NCBI GenBank assembly: GCA_964016885.1
Contig: OZ024741.1
Location: forward strand, 233,244,001-233,308,000
DNA length: 64,000 bases
Source of the DNA: Eledone cirrhosa
Lineage: Eukaryota
Reading direction: 5' to 3'
Below, piece by piece: positions 1 through 10,716 of this stretch. The position numbers and the translations under genes were made by a program. The stretch's first letter is position 1; every line of letters starts with the position of its first letter. The notes below the pieces were generated by a model, which ran no database searches, had not been told where the DNA came from, and was given only the letters and a program-made list of their open reading frames with translations.

Positions 1-2326
1 GACATTCACCCTGGACGGGTTGAGCCGGCTTTTTCCCTTGTCCTGGCGGCATCCCGAACCATGGCAGCCCACGCACGACGGTCCCGGGCTAGGTCACTGG
101 AGATAGCGAGCCAGTCACGGTTCCATCGGCGCAGGCTGACCACCTGCGGACCTAAGAGTTCGGAGAGGTCCTCCTTGATCGTCGTTGCCCAGGTCTTCAG
201 CTGCCCGCCAACGCGCTTGCGACAGTTAGGGAGTGGAGGTGGGAGGAGAACATCGCGGATCAGCTCCTCCTCAGGGCACCGGGCCGCGTGACCAAACCAT
301 CTCAAGCGCCGTTGCAGAAACACTGAAGGAAGGGGTCGAAGATTCAGGCGAAGACAAAGACTGGCGGTAGGTACCCGATCAACGAGTCGGCAGCGAAGAA
401 TGTGACGGAGACAGTCATTGTCGAATACTTCCAGCTCTCGTTGATCGACTACCCTCATAGGCCATGTTTCACAGCCATAGAGGGGGATAGTGCGAACGAT
501 GGCCTGGTAGATTCGCCCTTTGGTCACCGAGGTGATATCTCTTCTGTCCCACAGACACCGCTGGAGGCGCCCAAAAGCGGATCTGGCAGCACCTATGCGG
601 CGCTTGACCTCGGCTGCGCCCTGTCCCATTGGAACCACTGTTGAGCCCAGGTAAGCGAAGGACTCCACATCCTCCAGGTCACACCCTCGAGAGATATTGG
701 CTGCCAGGCATCAGGCGAGACCAGTAACGTCATGACTTTCGACTTGGCGGCATTGATTCGTAGACCAACAGCGGCGGCTGCAGTGTGTACCCTTTCGAGA
801 GCACCTTGTACATCTGTTCCGTTAGCGCCCATCAGCACGATGTCATCCGCGTAGGCCAGGTCCGTCACCACTACCCCTCTCCCGACCTCTACGCCCGGGT
901 AATCCCGGAGCACTGTGTTGAGAGTGTAGTCAATGGTGTAGTTAAAGAGAGTTGGCAATAGCGCCGAACACCGGTCCCAACATCGAACGACACTGTCTCC
1001 CACACCATAGACCCTCACTCGAGCCCGAGTCGACCGGTAGTAGCCTTGTATGAGACGAAGCAGCTTCACTGGGATGCCGTCCACCTGCATTATACGCCAT
1101 AGGGCTTCCCGATCTACCGAGTCGAAGGCAGCTGCAAAGTCGATGAAGCAGAGGACGGTAGGCTGTTGATGTGCCCACCGTTGTTCCAGGACACGCTGGA
1201 GAATGAAGATTTGATCGACGCACCCCCTCCCCGGACGGAAGCCGCCCTGAGAAGGACGGGTACGGACATCACGGATGGCCTGAAACCTCTTCAGCAGAAG
1301 AATTGCGAAGGTCTTGGCAGCAACGTCAATTAAACTGATACCCCTGTAGTTGGAACACAGTTTCCTGTCGCCCTTTTTGAAGAAGGGTAGGAGAGTTGCC
1401 TCGCTCCAGTCACCAGGGAACCGCTCCGTCGCCCACACCGAGGAGAAGACTCGATGGAGCCAAGCTGCGAAAACATCAGGCTCGGCCTTGTAGACCTCAG
1501 CTGAAACGCCTTGTTGTTCCGGAGATGTGTCAGGACACCACGTACCTCCTCGACCGTTGGAGGGGCAGTGCTGCACCCATATTCTTCTCCGGAAGGCTGC
1601 ACGTAGGTTGGCGTGGATGGTGGCGGGTGGTTGAGCAGCTCGGAGAAATGGTCCCGCCATCGGACTAGCTGGTCATTAAGATTGGTAATGACCGCCCCGT
1701 TCCGATCACGGATCGTCTCGCTGATACCCGTACTGCTTCGGCTGGCCCGCTTCACCAGTTGGTAGAGCTTGCGCGAGTCACCACAGGCTGCTGCCCTCTC
1801 CGTCTGCTCCGCAAACTCGCGCCAGTGTGCATTCCGATCGGCCCGAATAGTCCGAGATGTGCGACGTCTGAGATCTCGAAGATTGGGTGCATCCTCGAGT
1901 CGGGCCACTCTCGCCCTCTCCTCGAGTTCAAGAGTGCCGCCGGAGATCCAGTCCCGATAGCGTCTTTGGGTCGACCCGAGATGCTCCCTGGCCACCTCAA
2001 CAGTCACCTCCCTGAGCGCGTTCTACTCCTGCTCCGTTTGCTGTTCTACTTCGTTACTAAGCATTTGGAATCGGTTTCGCAGCTCTATCCGGAAAGCATT
2101 TCCAGCATCGAGCTTGAGTCGCGAGATGTCAATCCTTTTCTGGCGGTTGGGGGGAGGTTTCGCCCGCAGCCGCAGACGAAGGGTTACTCGAACAAGAGTA
2201 TGGTCTGACCCATGCTCACTGCCCGTATCAGCCCCCCGATACGCACGCGAGTCCATCACTGAGCTGGCCCACCGAGATCTGACCAGGATGTAGTCAATCT
2301 GATTGGCCGTTCTTCCGTCATTGGGT
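1..2326 (-). mobile_element. RTE-clade LINE, 5'-truncated and frameshifted ORF2 (end of APE endonuclease, RT, C-terminal region); GC-rich
   Basis: Consecutive minus-strand frames: NQIDYILV...GSDH (APE C-terminus, 2023-2326); PFFKKGD..NYRGISL, GFRPGRGCVDQIF, FIDFAAAFDSV and LAYADD (593-1660); YLGS...YGCETW...RRLRWFGH (6-668). Confidence 0.92.
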
Positions 2327-3880
2327 CATTATGCACCCTTGTTTTGTCCCATTTTTTATACAGAAAGGATCTGATGAAGCGTCATCTGACTTAACAGAAG
2401 CTTACATGTCTTTATGGAAGGGTGTTATAATACTAAGCATCATCTTCGGCACTGACAACAAAACATCGCGATTGACAGAGTCAAAACCCTTTGTTAAGTC
2501 AACAAAGACCATAAACAGGTCGCTGTTCTTCTGCTGTGCTTTCTCTGCAACCTACCGCAAGTAATATATCATATCTGTGGTTCTTCTCCCAGCCATGAAG
2601 CCACACTAGGATTCAGGATAAACATGTTCTACCAGGTGTGTTTTATTTTGCTGAGAACAACTCGAGCAAAGATCTTTCCCGCTATATAAAGCAGTGATAT
2701 GCCCCGATGATTGTCACACAGTTCTCTTTTCCCTTTTCGTTTAAAAAAGTGGGTGATAGATGAGTCTTCAAATTCCCGAGGAACCTGACTGTTCCTCCAA
2801 ATCAAAATAAATAAATCCAAAAGCTTATGCACAAGTAGATTACCTCTATATTCGTATATCTCTGCTGGTGTGCATCATCACCAGACAATTTACCTGATAC
2901 CATTTGTTTTATAGCTGTTTGGGCTTCGGTATATGTTGGTCCAAAGTACAATTCAGAGATTTCTGACCGTAAAGAAATTGAGTCGATGACTTCATGATTA
3001 AAACTGTTTCAAAGTGTTCTTTCCAGCGGTTAAGGATATCCCCTTTATCTGATAAAAAATGGATCCATCCTATGCTAATACCAGTGAGGACTCAGGTTGC
3101 TGAGGGCCATAAACTTAATTTACACCTTCTGAGAAGGCTTTTATATTCTTTCTATCAGCAGCAATTTGAAACTCTACTGCTTTTGAAGACCATCTCTTGT
3201 CTTTCAGTTTCCTCAAGGTCCGCTAAACAGTTTGTTTACAGTCAAATCATTTCTTTTTCGCTGAAGATCTTTTGTTGGCAATCCATACTTTATGAGAGGA
3301 GTATATTTTTTTCAATTAGTGTCTGTATTTCTCTATTGTTTTCATTGAACCACACTTGATGCTTACGTTTGGCAAACAAAGAGATTCAAGCGAGGCAGAA
3401 TATGTTATTTCCTTGAGATTTTCCCACGATTCTTCAATATTTTCTGAAATATCAATTCGTTGAAGCTGCATGTTGAGCAACAGAGATAACCTAGCTTTTC
3501 TTTCAGTAACAAGTGGCCGAACATTTATTTGTTTAAGAAATTTTGCATTGTGTCTTCTATGCTTTTCCTGACGTTGAAATGATACATTACAATGCAACAG
3601 AGAGTGATCAGATAACCAATATGTGCTATGGAAGGAGCAAATATGACGAATGTCACGTTGATGTCACCTTATGTCTAAATTTAATCACTCAAATTCCAAG
3701 TTTTTTACCTTGGATGCGTCCAAGTGGTTTTGAACCTGTTAAGTTGTTGAAACATAGTATTAGTGATAAGGCGGCTAAATTCATTGCAAAAATAGAGAAG
3801 GCGATGGGAGCCAAGAACATTTTCCCAAGATTCATGATCTTACCCAACTCTGATATCAGAAACCTATCATAATAAACTAT
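2327..3880 (-). mobile_element. Older, AT-rich RTE-clade LINE fossil adjoining the GC-rich element
   Basis: IWRNSQVPREFEDSSITHFFKRKGKRELCDNHRGISLLYIAGKIFARV (2629-2832), with RT-type FVDLTKGFDSVNR sequence near 2470-2515; many stops. Confidence 0.8.
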
Positions 3881-3976
3881 AGTTTTGACAATAAAAGATA
3901 ATTTCTCATAAAAGTCTGTTTTGTTTGTTTCATTTATTAACTATATATATATATATAATATTTGAATATTTGTATA

Positions 3977-4580
3977 TCTATATATCTAAAACAGAGAATG
4001 TCTGTCTGTCTGTCTGACTCCCTAAAACTCGAGAACCACCGAACCGATTTTTTTCAAACTTTACACATGTAATACTTGTGGTCGTGTGAGTGTTTTGAGC
4101 AAAATATATTTCAAATTTTCAATGCCCTAGGGACCGCATTAGGCAGCTTTAACGTGGCGCCCTTATAATATATGTCTGTATGTCTGGCTGTCTGCATTAC
4201 GACATTATGACAAACATTGTTCTCATTGGTGACGCATTATCTTCGCTTTTTTCCGTTCATTGCCAGGGAACGTCTTCATGAACCAAAGTATCGTCTTCCT
4301 GTTTTCCTTCAGTTGCAACGTTTTTCGAAATATTTACTTCTGCAATCACAGATTGATTTTTTTTTAGTTTCAGAAGATCCTGTTAGGGGTGAAAGCAGCG
4401 ATTCTTTGCTTGAACTTTAATCTGTTATTTTAATATATATATATATATATATAAGCACAAAATGTAAACACCATCCCCAGGCCGAGGTATTCCGTACTTC
4501 TCTGTACTGTTTCAGGAAAGGGGGGATAAACATGTCAATCTATGTTTAAAATCCCGAGCAACGCCGGGCCATTCTGCTAG
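3977..4580 (+). mobile_element. Non-autonomous Helitron
   Basis: Starts A|TC (tctatatatctaaaac) followed by a (TGTC)n tract. GC hairpin cccgagcaacgccggg at 4553-4568; ends CTAG|T at 4580. Confidence 0.85.
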
Positions 4581-4659
4581 TAGCTAATAAATGAAACAAA
4601 CAAAACACAGGAGGCAATTTTTACAGTTATATTAGGTTCACACTTGGTAGAAGTGGAGG

Positions 4660-4762
<103 letters not shown>

Positions 4763-4960
4763 GGGTACAATCGGGGGTAACCACAGTAAGTAAGATACTC
4801 AATACATAGCAGAGTATAAATGTTTAATATAAAAATGGCTTCTACATGACTATTTCATTCGAAGTTTTTTTATACCTCTAATATTTATATTTTTAATATA
4901 TATATTTAAGATTTTAATTTCCTACATTATTTTAATTCTGACATTATTTGTAATTCCGAC

Positions 4961-5145
4961 GGTGGTGGATTGGCAGTATCGGTAGAGGGTCGGACGCCAT
5001 GCTTTCCAGCAGAGTTACGTCCCTTTATGATCTGAGTTCAAATCCCGCCGAGGTTGACTTTGCCTTTCATCCTTACGGGGTCGATAAAATAAAGTACCAG
5101 TAATGCACTGGGTAATTTGCTGGCCTTGTGCCAAATGTAGAAACA
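4961..5145 (+). mobile_element. tRNA-derived SINE (family A)
   Basis: A-box-like tggcagtatcgg, B-box gagttcaaatcc, central gactttgcctttcatccttacggggtcgataaaataaagtaccag. TSD attatttgtaattccgac at 4943-4960 and 5146-5163. Confidence 0.92.
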
Positions 5146-5349
5146 ATTATTTGTAATTCCGACATTCTTTTTGTAAGGACACCCCTATAAATATATTTTG
5201 GATGTAGATTGATAATCTTTAAATGACGTTCTGAAAATGTATCCTCTTTAAGATAGTTCTTCGAAAAACACATTACATTTATCCTCTCTCTTTTTGTTAT
5301 CCAAACATTCACACATCTTTCGACTAAAATAATGGATCTCACACAAAAT

Positions 5350-5534
5350 AATTGTTTCTACTTTTTGGCACAAGGCCAGCAATTACCCAGTGCATTACTG
5401 GTACTTTATTTTATCGACCCCGTAAGGATGAAAGGCAAAGTTAACCTTGGCGGGATTTGAACTCAGATCATAAAGGGGCGTAACTCTGTGCTGCAAAGCA
5501 TAGCGTCCGACCCTCTACCGATACTGCCAATCCA
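5350..5534 (-). mobile_element. SINE family A, inverted relative to the copy at 4961
   Basis: Reverse complement of the same consensus; TSD acacaaaataat on both sides. Confidence 0.92.
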
Positions 5535-6239
5535 ACACAAAATAATATAACATTTATTTCTCTAATTTAATGGTTAACAAACAAAATTGGAGTTATCTTT
5601 CCTTTCTCAATCATTGCAAACATAAACATTCTTCTCAATCGTGCAAACATAATGATTTTATGTTGATAATTTGTATAGCTTCGTTAAATTAACAATATTC
5701 TGAAAACATTCTCAATGTTGAACAAAATTTACTCTCACAACTTGAACGACCTATTTTTTTTAAGTAAAATACAAATTTAACATCCTTCGTAACTCATATT
5801 TGATATATAAACAATTAATACATACGCAATTTATTAATATATATATATAGATATTTATATACATATAACCAATCCTAATGTAATAAGATAAAAATACTCA
5901 CAAGCATAATTCTTCATATAATCTAATTGATTATATATACAATATTATAACTCATAATATAGGTAAACAAACCTTTTCCCCCAAATTAACGTAAATGCTA
6001 GCCCTTCTTCCTTTCTCTTCTTTCCTACGCATACAATAACTTATATAATTATTTTAATTTTCCATAGCGTCTAAAATAACGGTTTTTTTTCAGACCTTTT
6101 ACATAAACCTCATTCGCATACTCATCTTAATAATTTGAAATATCTGTCTTTTTTCTCTTCCCTTCACTATCCAGGGATAACTTGAACCGTTAAGGTATAT
6201 TATCCTTGGTTATGTCAAATATTTATAAAACATTTTGTA

Positions 6240-6296
6240 TTTTATCTGATGATAGCCTACCAAAATGTTGGTACCCTTGAAATATATATAATAGAA
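6240..6296 (+). ncRNA. Minimal hammerhead ribozyme motif within a Penelope-like terminal repeat (about 6170-6440)
   Basis: ttttat-CTGATGA, stem II (taccaa/ttggta), GAAA, palindromic tatata, TA, atagaa. The downstream ~150 bp is homologous to 10035-10170. Confidence 0.65.
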
Positions 6297-6499
6297 TAAA
6301 TATGGTTTTATGAATATAGTTTCCATTTATTTAATATCATTGTATATTATACTCCAGAAAACCTGTCGAGTGCTCTGAATCAGTTATAAACATTTATATT
6401 TGTTGAATTACCAACAAATTGAATATCCCTTCTGCTTATATATATATGTATATAGATATATGCATGTATATTTGTATATGCACAACAATTTATGTACAT

Positions 6500-6898
6500 G
6501 TTATGTAGAGGTAGATAGGAGAGATAAATACAGATATAGAGAGGGGAGAGTTTCGTGGAAATTGATAGAGAGAGGAAGGTTGGGAGAGTGTGTTGTATAT
6601 TAGATATAGAGAGGGGGACAGATTTATGTTTATTGATATAGAGAGGGGATTGGAAAAAAGTTCAATGTAGTAGATATAAAGTGAGGGGAGTTTGGTGTTA
6701 ATTGATATAGAGAGGGGGAGAGATTGATGTTTATTGATATAGAGAGGGGGATTGGAAGAGAGTTCCATGTAGTTGATGTTGAGAGGGGGAGAGTTTGGTG
6801 TTAAGTGATAAAGAAAGGGGTATTAGAAGAGAGTTCTGTGTAGTAGATAAAGAGAGGGTGAGAGTTTAGTGATAATTGATATAGAGAGGGAGATTGGA
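6500..6898 (+). repeat. Degenerate GA-rich minisatellite, ~30 bp period (core gatatagagaggggg)
   Basis: Roughly a dozen imperfect repeats of the core. Confidence 0.8.
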
Positions 6899-7393
6899 TG
6901 ACTGCACAAGTTGAAGTCCCTAACCAAATTCTGAACCACACCTGACATAGAAAGAAACTTAAAAGATAGATGGAGCTTGGTAGTCATCAAAGAGTCTATG
7001 ACAGAGAAGCTAACATACCTGATACAGGCAAATGGCTGCGGTAAGAAAGCGGTTTTGCTCGAGATCAGGTTGACAACTTCCACAATAAAAAATAACAAAA
7101 ATAAAAGAATAAAGCAAACACATTAGTTTAGTTTTTGCCTGTAGTTTTAAAAGTGATACCATGATACGCTAACAGTAACATTTTAGTGAATTACTAAAAT
7201 GACCCTCAACAATTTCTCACATGGCTCTGGAATGTATCCAACAATGTACAATGCCAGTTTGGATCTAGAGCCGAATACGGATGTGCTGCGAGTATTTTAA
7301 GCAACAATCATATCACAGTTACCTCAGTGTTCATTTAAAATCGGATTAAATTCCTGAAAATTAAATTAGATTGTGTATATATAATATATATAT

Positions 7394-7433
<40 letters not shown>

Positions 7434-7547
7434 GGGGGGGCGTATGTGTGTGTGGGGGGGGGGGGTTATTGTATTGTACAGTAGTAAGAATGAGTACTCA
7501 ATATCGAATAAGATTTTAAATATACTTTGTTATGGCTAAATAGTGAG

Positions 7548-7598
7548 TCTTGTAGCTCTGGAATTTCACCGTTGCACTCACAGTATCGTCAGATGTTT
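7548..7598 (-). ncRNA. Degenerate hammerhead ribozyme motif
   Basis: Reverse complement reads CTGACGA-t-actgt-gagtgca-acggt-GAAA-ttccagag. Stem II pairs with one G-U. Confidence 0.5.
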
Positions 7599-8038
7599 AC
7601 TTGAAGCATTGTATATAGTATATCGTGTAGAAAATGATATGTTAAAGAAGGCTAAGACAATGAGAAATGGGCGGTAAAATGGAGTCAATGAAAAAGTTTG
7701 TTACCTGGTATTTATTATTGTTATCTTTTTTTTTTTTTTTAATTAATATTTCGGTACTTTAAAATCCCGTCGTCAGAGTATGGGGAACACTCAAAGGAAA
7801 ACGTTCCGATCTTATCGCTTTGAAGTTTTATTTAAATGTTGACTATATGTATATTGGTTTCCACCTGTTTGTAATGGAGCCGATAACATTATTAGAACTC
7901 AATGTGGCCATGGGAAGATGGTTTCGGTGTGTCCTGTAGTTTTTGTGGTAGGCGCTCACCACTTAAGGTTTCCTCACAGAAGAATCTGCCTGGATTACAG
8001 AGTCATTCATATATATTTGTGTATGTGTGTGTGTAAAA

Positions 8039-8721
8039 AGAACAATGAAAACAAAACAAAGTCAGAGGCAGGTAGTTAATTAGTTCATTGTTTTATGATC
8101 CTTTCAGATGGTCAATTGATCGTGGAAGATCGATATATCGATTAGCATGGTAGTGCTTAGGTGCTTTATCCAGAGAGCCAGGCCACCGGGCACACACGAG
8201 TCAGCCAGAGAATATCTTCTATGGAAAAGCACCTAAGCAATGGCAATCGAGAGTGATAATCCCAATTTTTAAAAAGGAAAACAAGACATTGTTCCAATTG
8301 CATTGGTGAACACCACTGTACTTTGCTTGGTTTTTACAATTGAGGGGCGTATCATGGTATACCGTTACCCAAGCAAGATCGGTTGTGGATTTAAATGGAT
8401 AGGTACAAATGGGGAAGAGGGGATGACCTAATGTATGCATGCCTTAAATTTAGGTGTAATGTGAACAGAGAGGTACACACGGAGGTAAAAAGGCAAAGGA
8501 AAAAAAAAACATGTTGCCGAGAAGAAGAAGGCAGCTATAATGTTTCTGAGAAAGACGATCGATTGAACAGGAATTTCGAGACTAGAAACATGTAGTGACG
8601 TAACCACTACCATGCTAGTCGATATATCGATCTTCCACGATCAATCGACCCTCTGAAACGATCGTAAACAATGAACTAATTAACTATCCAGCTCTGACTT
8701 TTGTTTTGTTTTCATTGTTCT
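8039..8721. repeat. Fold-back structure: ~117-bp inverted arms around a ~450-bp spacer that includes an RTE scrap
   Basis: 8039-8155 is the reverse complement of 8605-8721. 8222-8288 matches RTE sequence at 48225-48295. The arm sequence recurs at 36878-36945. Confidence 0.85.
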
Positions 8722-8751
8722 ACACACACACACACATTCAACACATACTCG

Positions 8752-8858
<107 letters not shown>

Positions 8859-8984
8859 ATTAGTTAAGTGTGTCACAACTGTTATAGGAGGCGCGCCATT
8901 CGAAATGCTTGATGCTGTTACGAGGTCCGTTTCGTTTGGGTTGTATTCCAGTGTTACAGCTGTATTATACAGAGTGTAAATAGA

Positions 8985-9157
8985 TTTAAAAGAGTCGAAG
9001 TCAGTGTTGCAGCATTTGTACAAACTTTATTTGCAAATTACAATTGTTTCGATATCGATCACCTTGATTGTACCCTGAGCTGATCGATATCCAAACAATT
9101 GTAATATGCAAATAATGTTTGTACATATGATGCAACACTGACTTTGACTCTTTTAAA
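8985..9157. repeat. Near-perfect ~173-bp palindrome (MITE-like hairpin)
   Basis: tttaaaagagtcgaagtcagtgttgc...gatatcgatca pairs with tgatcgatatc...gcaacactgactttgactcttttaaa. Confidence 0.88.
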
Positions 9158-9333
9158 CATATATATATGTGTGTGTGTATATATATATACATTTTTAGTC
9201 CAGAATTAGCCGTCGAAACGGCCTGAGCTCAACCGTCGGGGTCCTACTCGTTCCTATTACCCACTCTACTACCCTAAGTATTGAGTACTTTGGTGGGTTA
9301 TGGTCCACCTGGTTCCTTACCACATTTCCTTCG

Positions 9334-9389
<56 letters not shown>

Positions 9390-9877
9390 GTATATATTTA
9401 TATATATATATTTATATATATATATTTATATATATATATTTCAAAATCTGAGCACACGGAACATTGACAAACATTGGAAAAGTACGGAGACATCCTTTTT
9501 TCGTCAGCTGTCAGTTGGAGATCACAATGATTTCGTTGAATTAGGTATTAGTATTGGTGCTCTGAAATAGCGATGTATACATGAATGTATGTATAGTATA
9601 TTTGGCAATATACTTTCTGGACCGACAACTGCTCTGTTTAATCAGCTCTGAAATATTACTGGAATTCTATAAGAATCCAGCTTCAATAATCCTCGGCAGA
9701 AGCGAAGGGGTGAGTGGTCTTGATGAACGCTAATGAGTGAGAAACAGGACTGTCGATTATTCTCCTTTGCTTTTGCCGTGTAAGTGACATAGTCACTACT
9801 TTAAAACTCAGAGCAAATGCTCTTCAAAATGTTTTAAATTAAACATACAGTATATCTCCAAATATACTATAGATACA

Positions 9878-9910
<33 letters not shown>

Positions 9911-9915
<5 letters not shown>

Positions 9916-10168
9916 ATATTAACAAATGGAAACTATATTTATAAAACCAGGCAAATTATGGTGCGCTTTCATCAGATGATGAAAGCCCACCATAATTTGC
10001 CTTGGTGGCCCTTGAAATATGCAAAATAAGATAAATATGGTTTTATAAATATAGTTTCCATTTGTTAATATATTGTATATTTACTCCATTAACTGTTGAG
10101 TGCTTTATATCAGTTATAAAAAAATTTAAGCTTGTTGAATCCCAACAAATTAAATATAACCTCTGCAT
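9911..10168 (+). mobile_element. Penelope-like terminal repeat remnant with a damaged hammerhead core and inverted 5' fragments, flanked by (TA)n
   Basis: tgatga-aagcccacca...tggtggccctt-GAAA-tatgca. 9911-9949 is the inverse of 10038-10076, and 9951-9974 is the inverse of 9978-10001. Confidence 0.6.
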
Positions 10169-10182
10169 GTATATATATATAT

Positions 10183-10235
<53 letters not shown>

Positions 10236-10244
10236 TATATATAC

Positions 10245-10700
10245 ACAGTTAGTTCACCATACCGAGAACAATTGGTGAAACAATTGTTTCACCAATTGTT
10301 TCACCTTATACGGATCTTCAGCTCGGACTGGTCATGGTTATACGGAACAGGAAGAACAACCGTATGAACGCGCATGCGCAGAAACGGTCACTTCACCCAA
10401 GCAATACAAAACCACGGACGAAAGGTGTAAGGGAGATAACTGCGATAGTCCGGAATAAAATGTTCGGGTTGATTAGAAAATTAGAATGTTGTTGTTATTC
10501 AATCCGGAGCTTTGTAGTCATGCAAGAGATGTTTCCAGGCATGTGGACAACATGAGACGATTTTATTTCTTGAATTTAGGCAATCGCTATTGCATAATCT
10601 CGTTAGAATATTTATCCTTTCTTAAATACACAGTCCACAAGACGGATTGCCCCATGCGTATGGCTTGGAGTAGTCTACACCTGAGTCTTTGAGGGAGCAT
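10245..10700 (-). mobile_element. Penelope-like element 3' remnant (endonuclease C-terminus plus hammerhead at 10262-10326)
   Basis: Translates KPYAWGNPSCGLCI*ERINILTRLCNSDCLNSRNKIVSCCPHAWKHLL, resembling the CxLCxxEK...LNxRxE...CxH tail of PLE GIY-YIG domains. Then ccgag-CTGAAGA-tccgtataaggt-GAAA-caattg...TT-ctcgg. Confidence 0.7.
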
Positions 10701-10716
10701 ACGTGACTCGCTGAGC

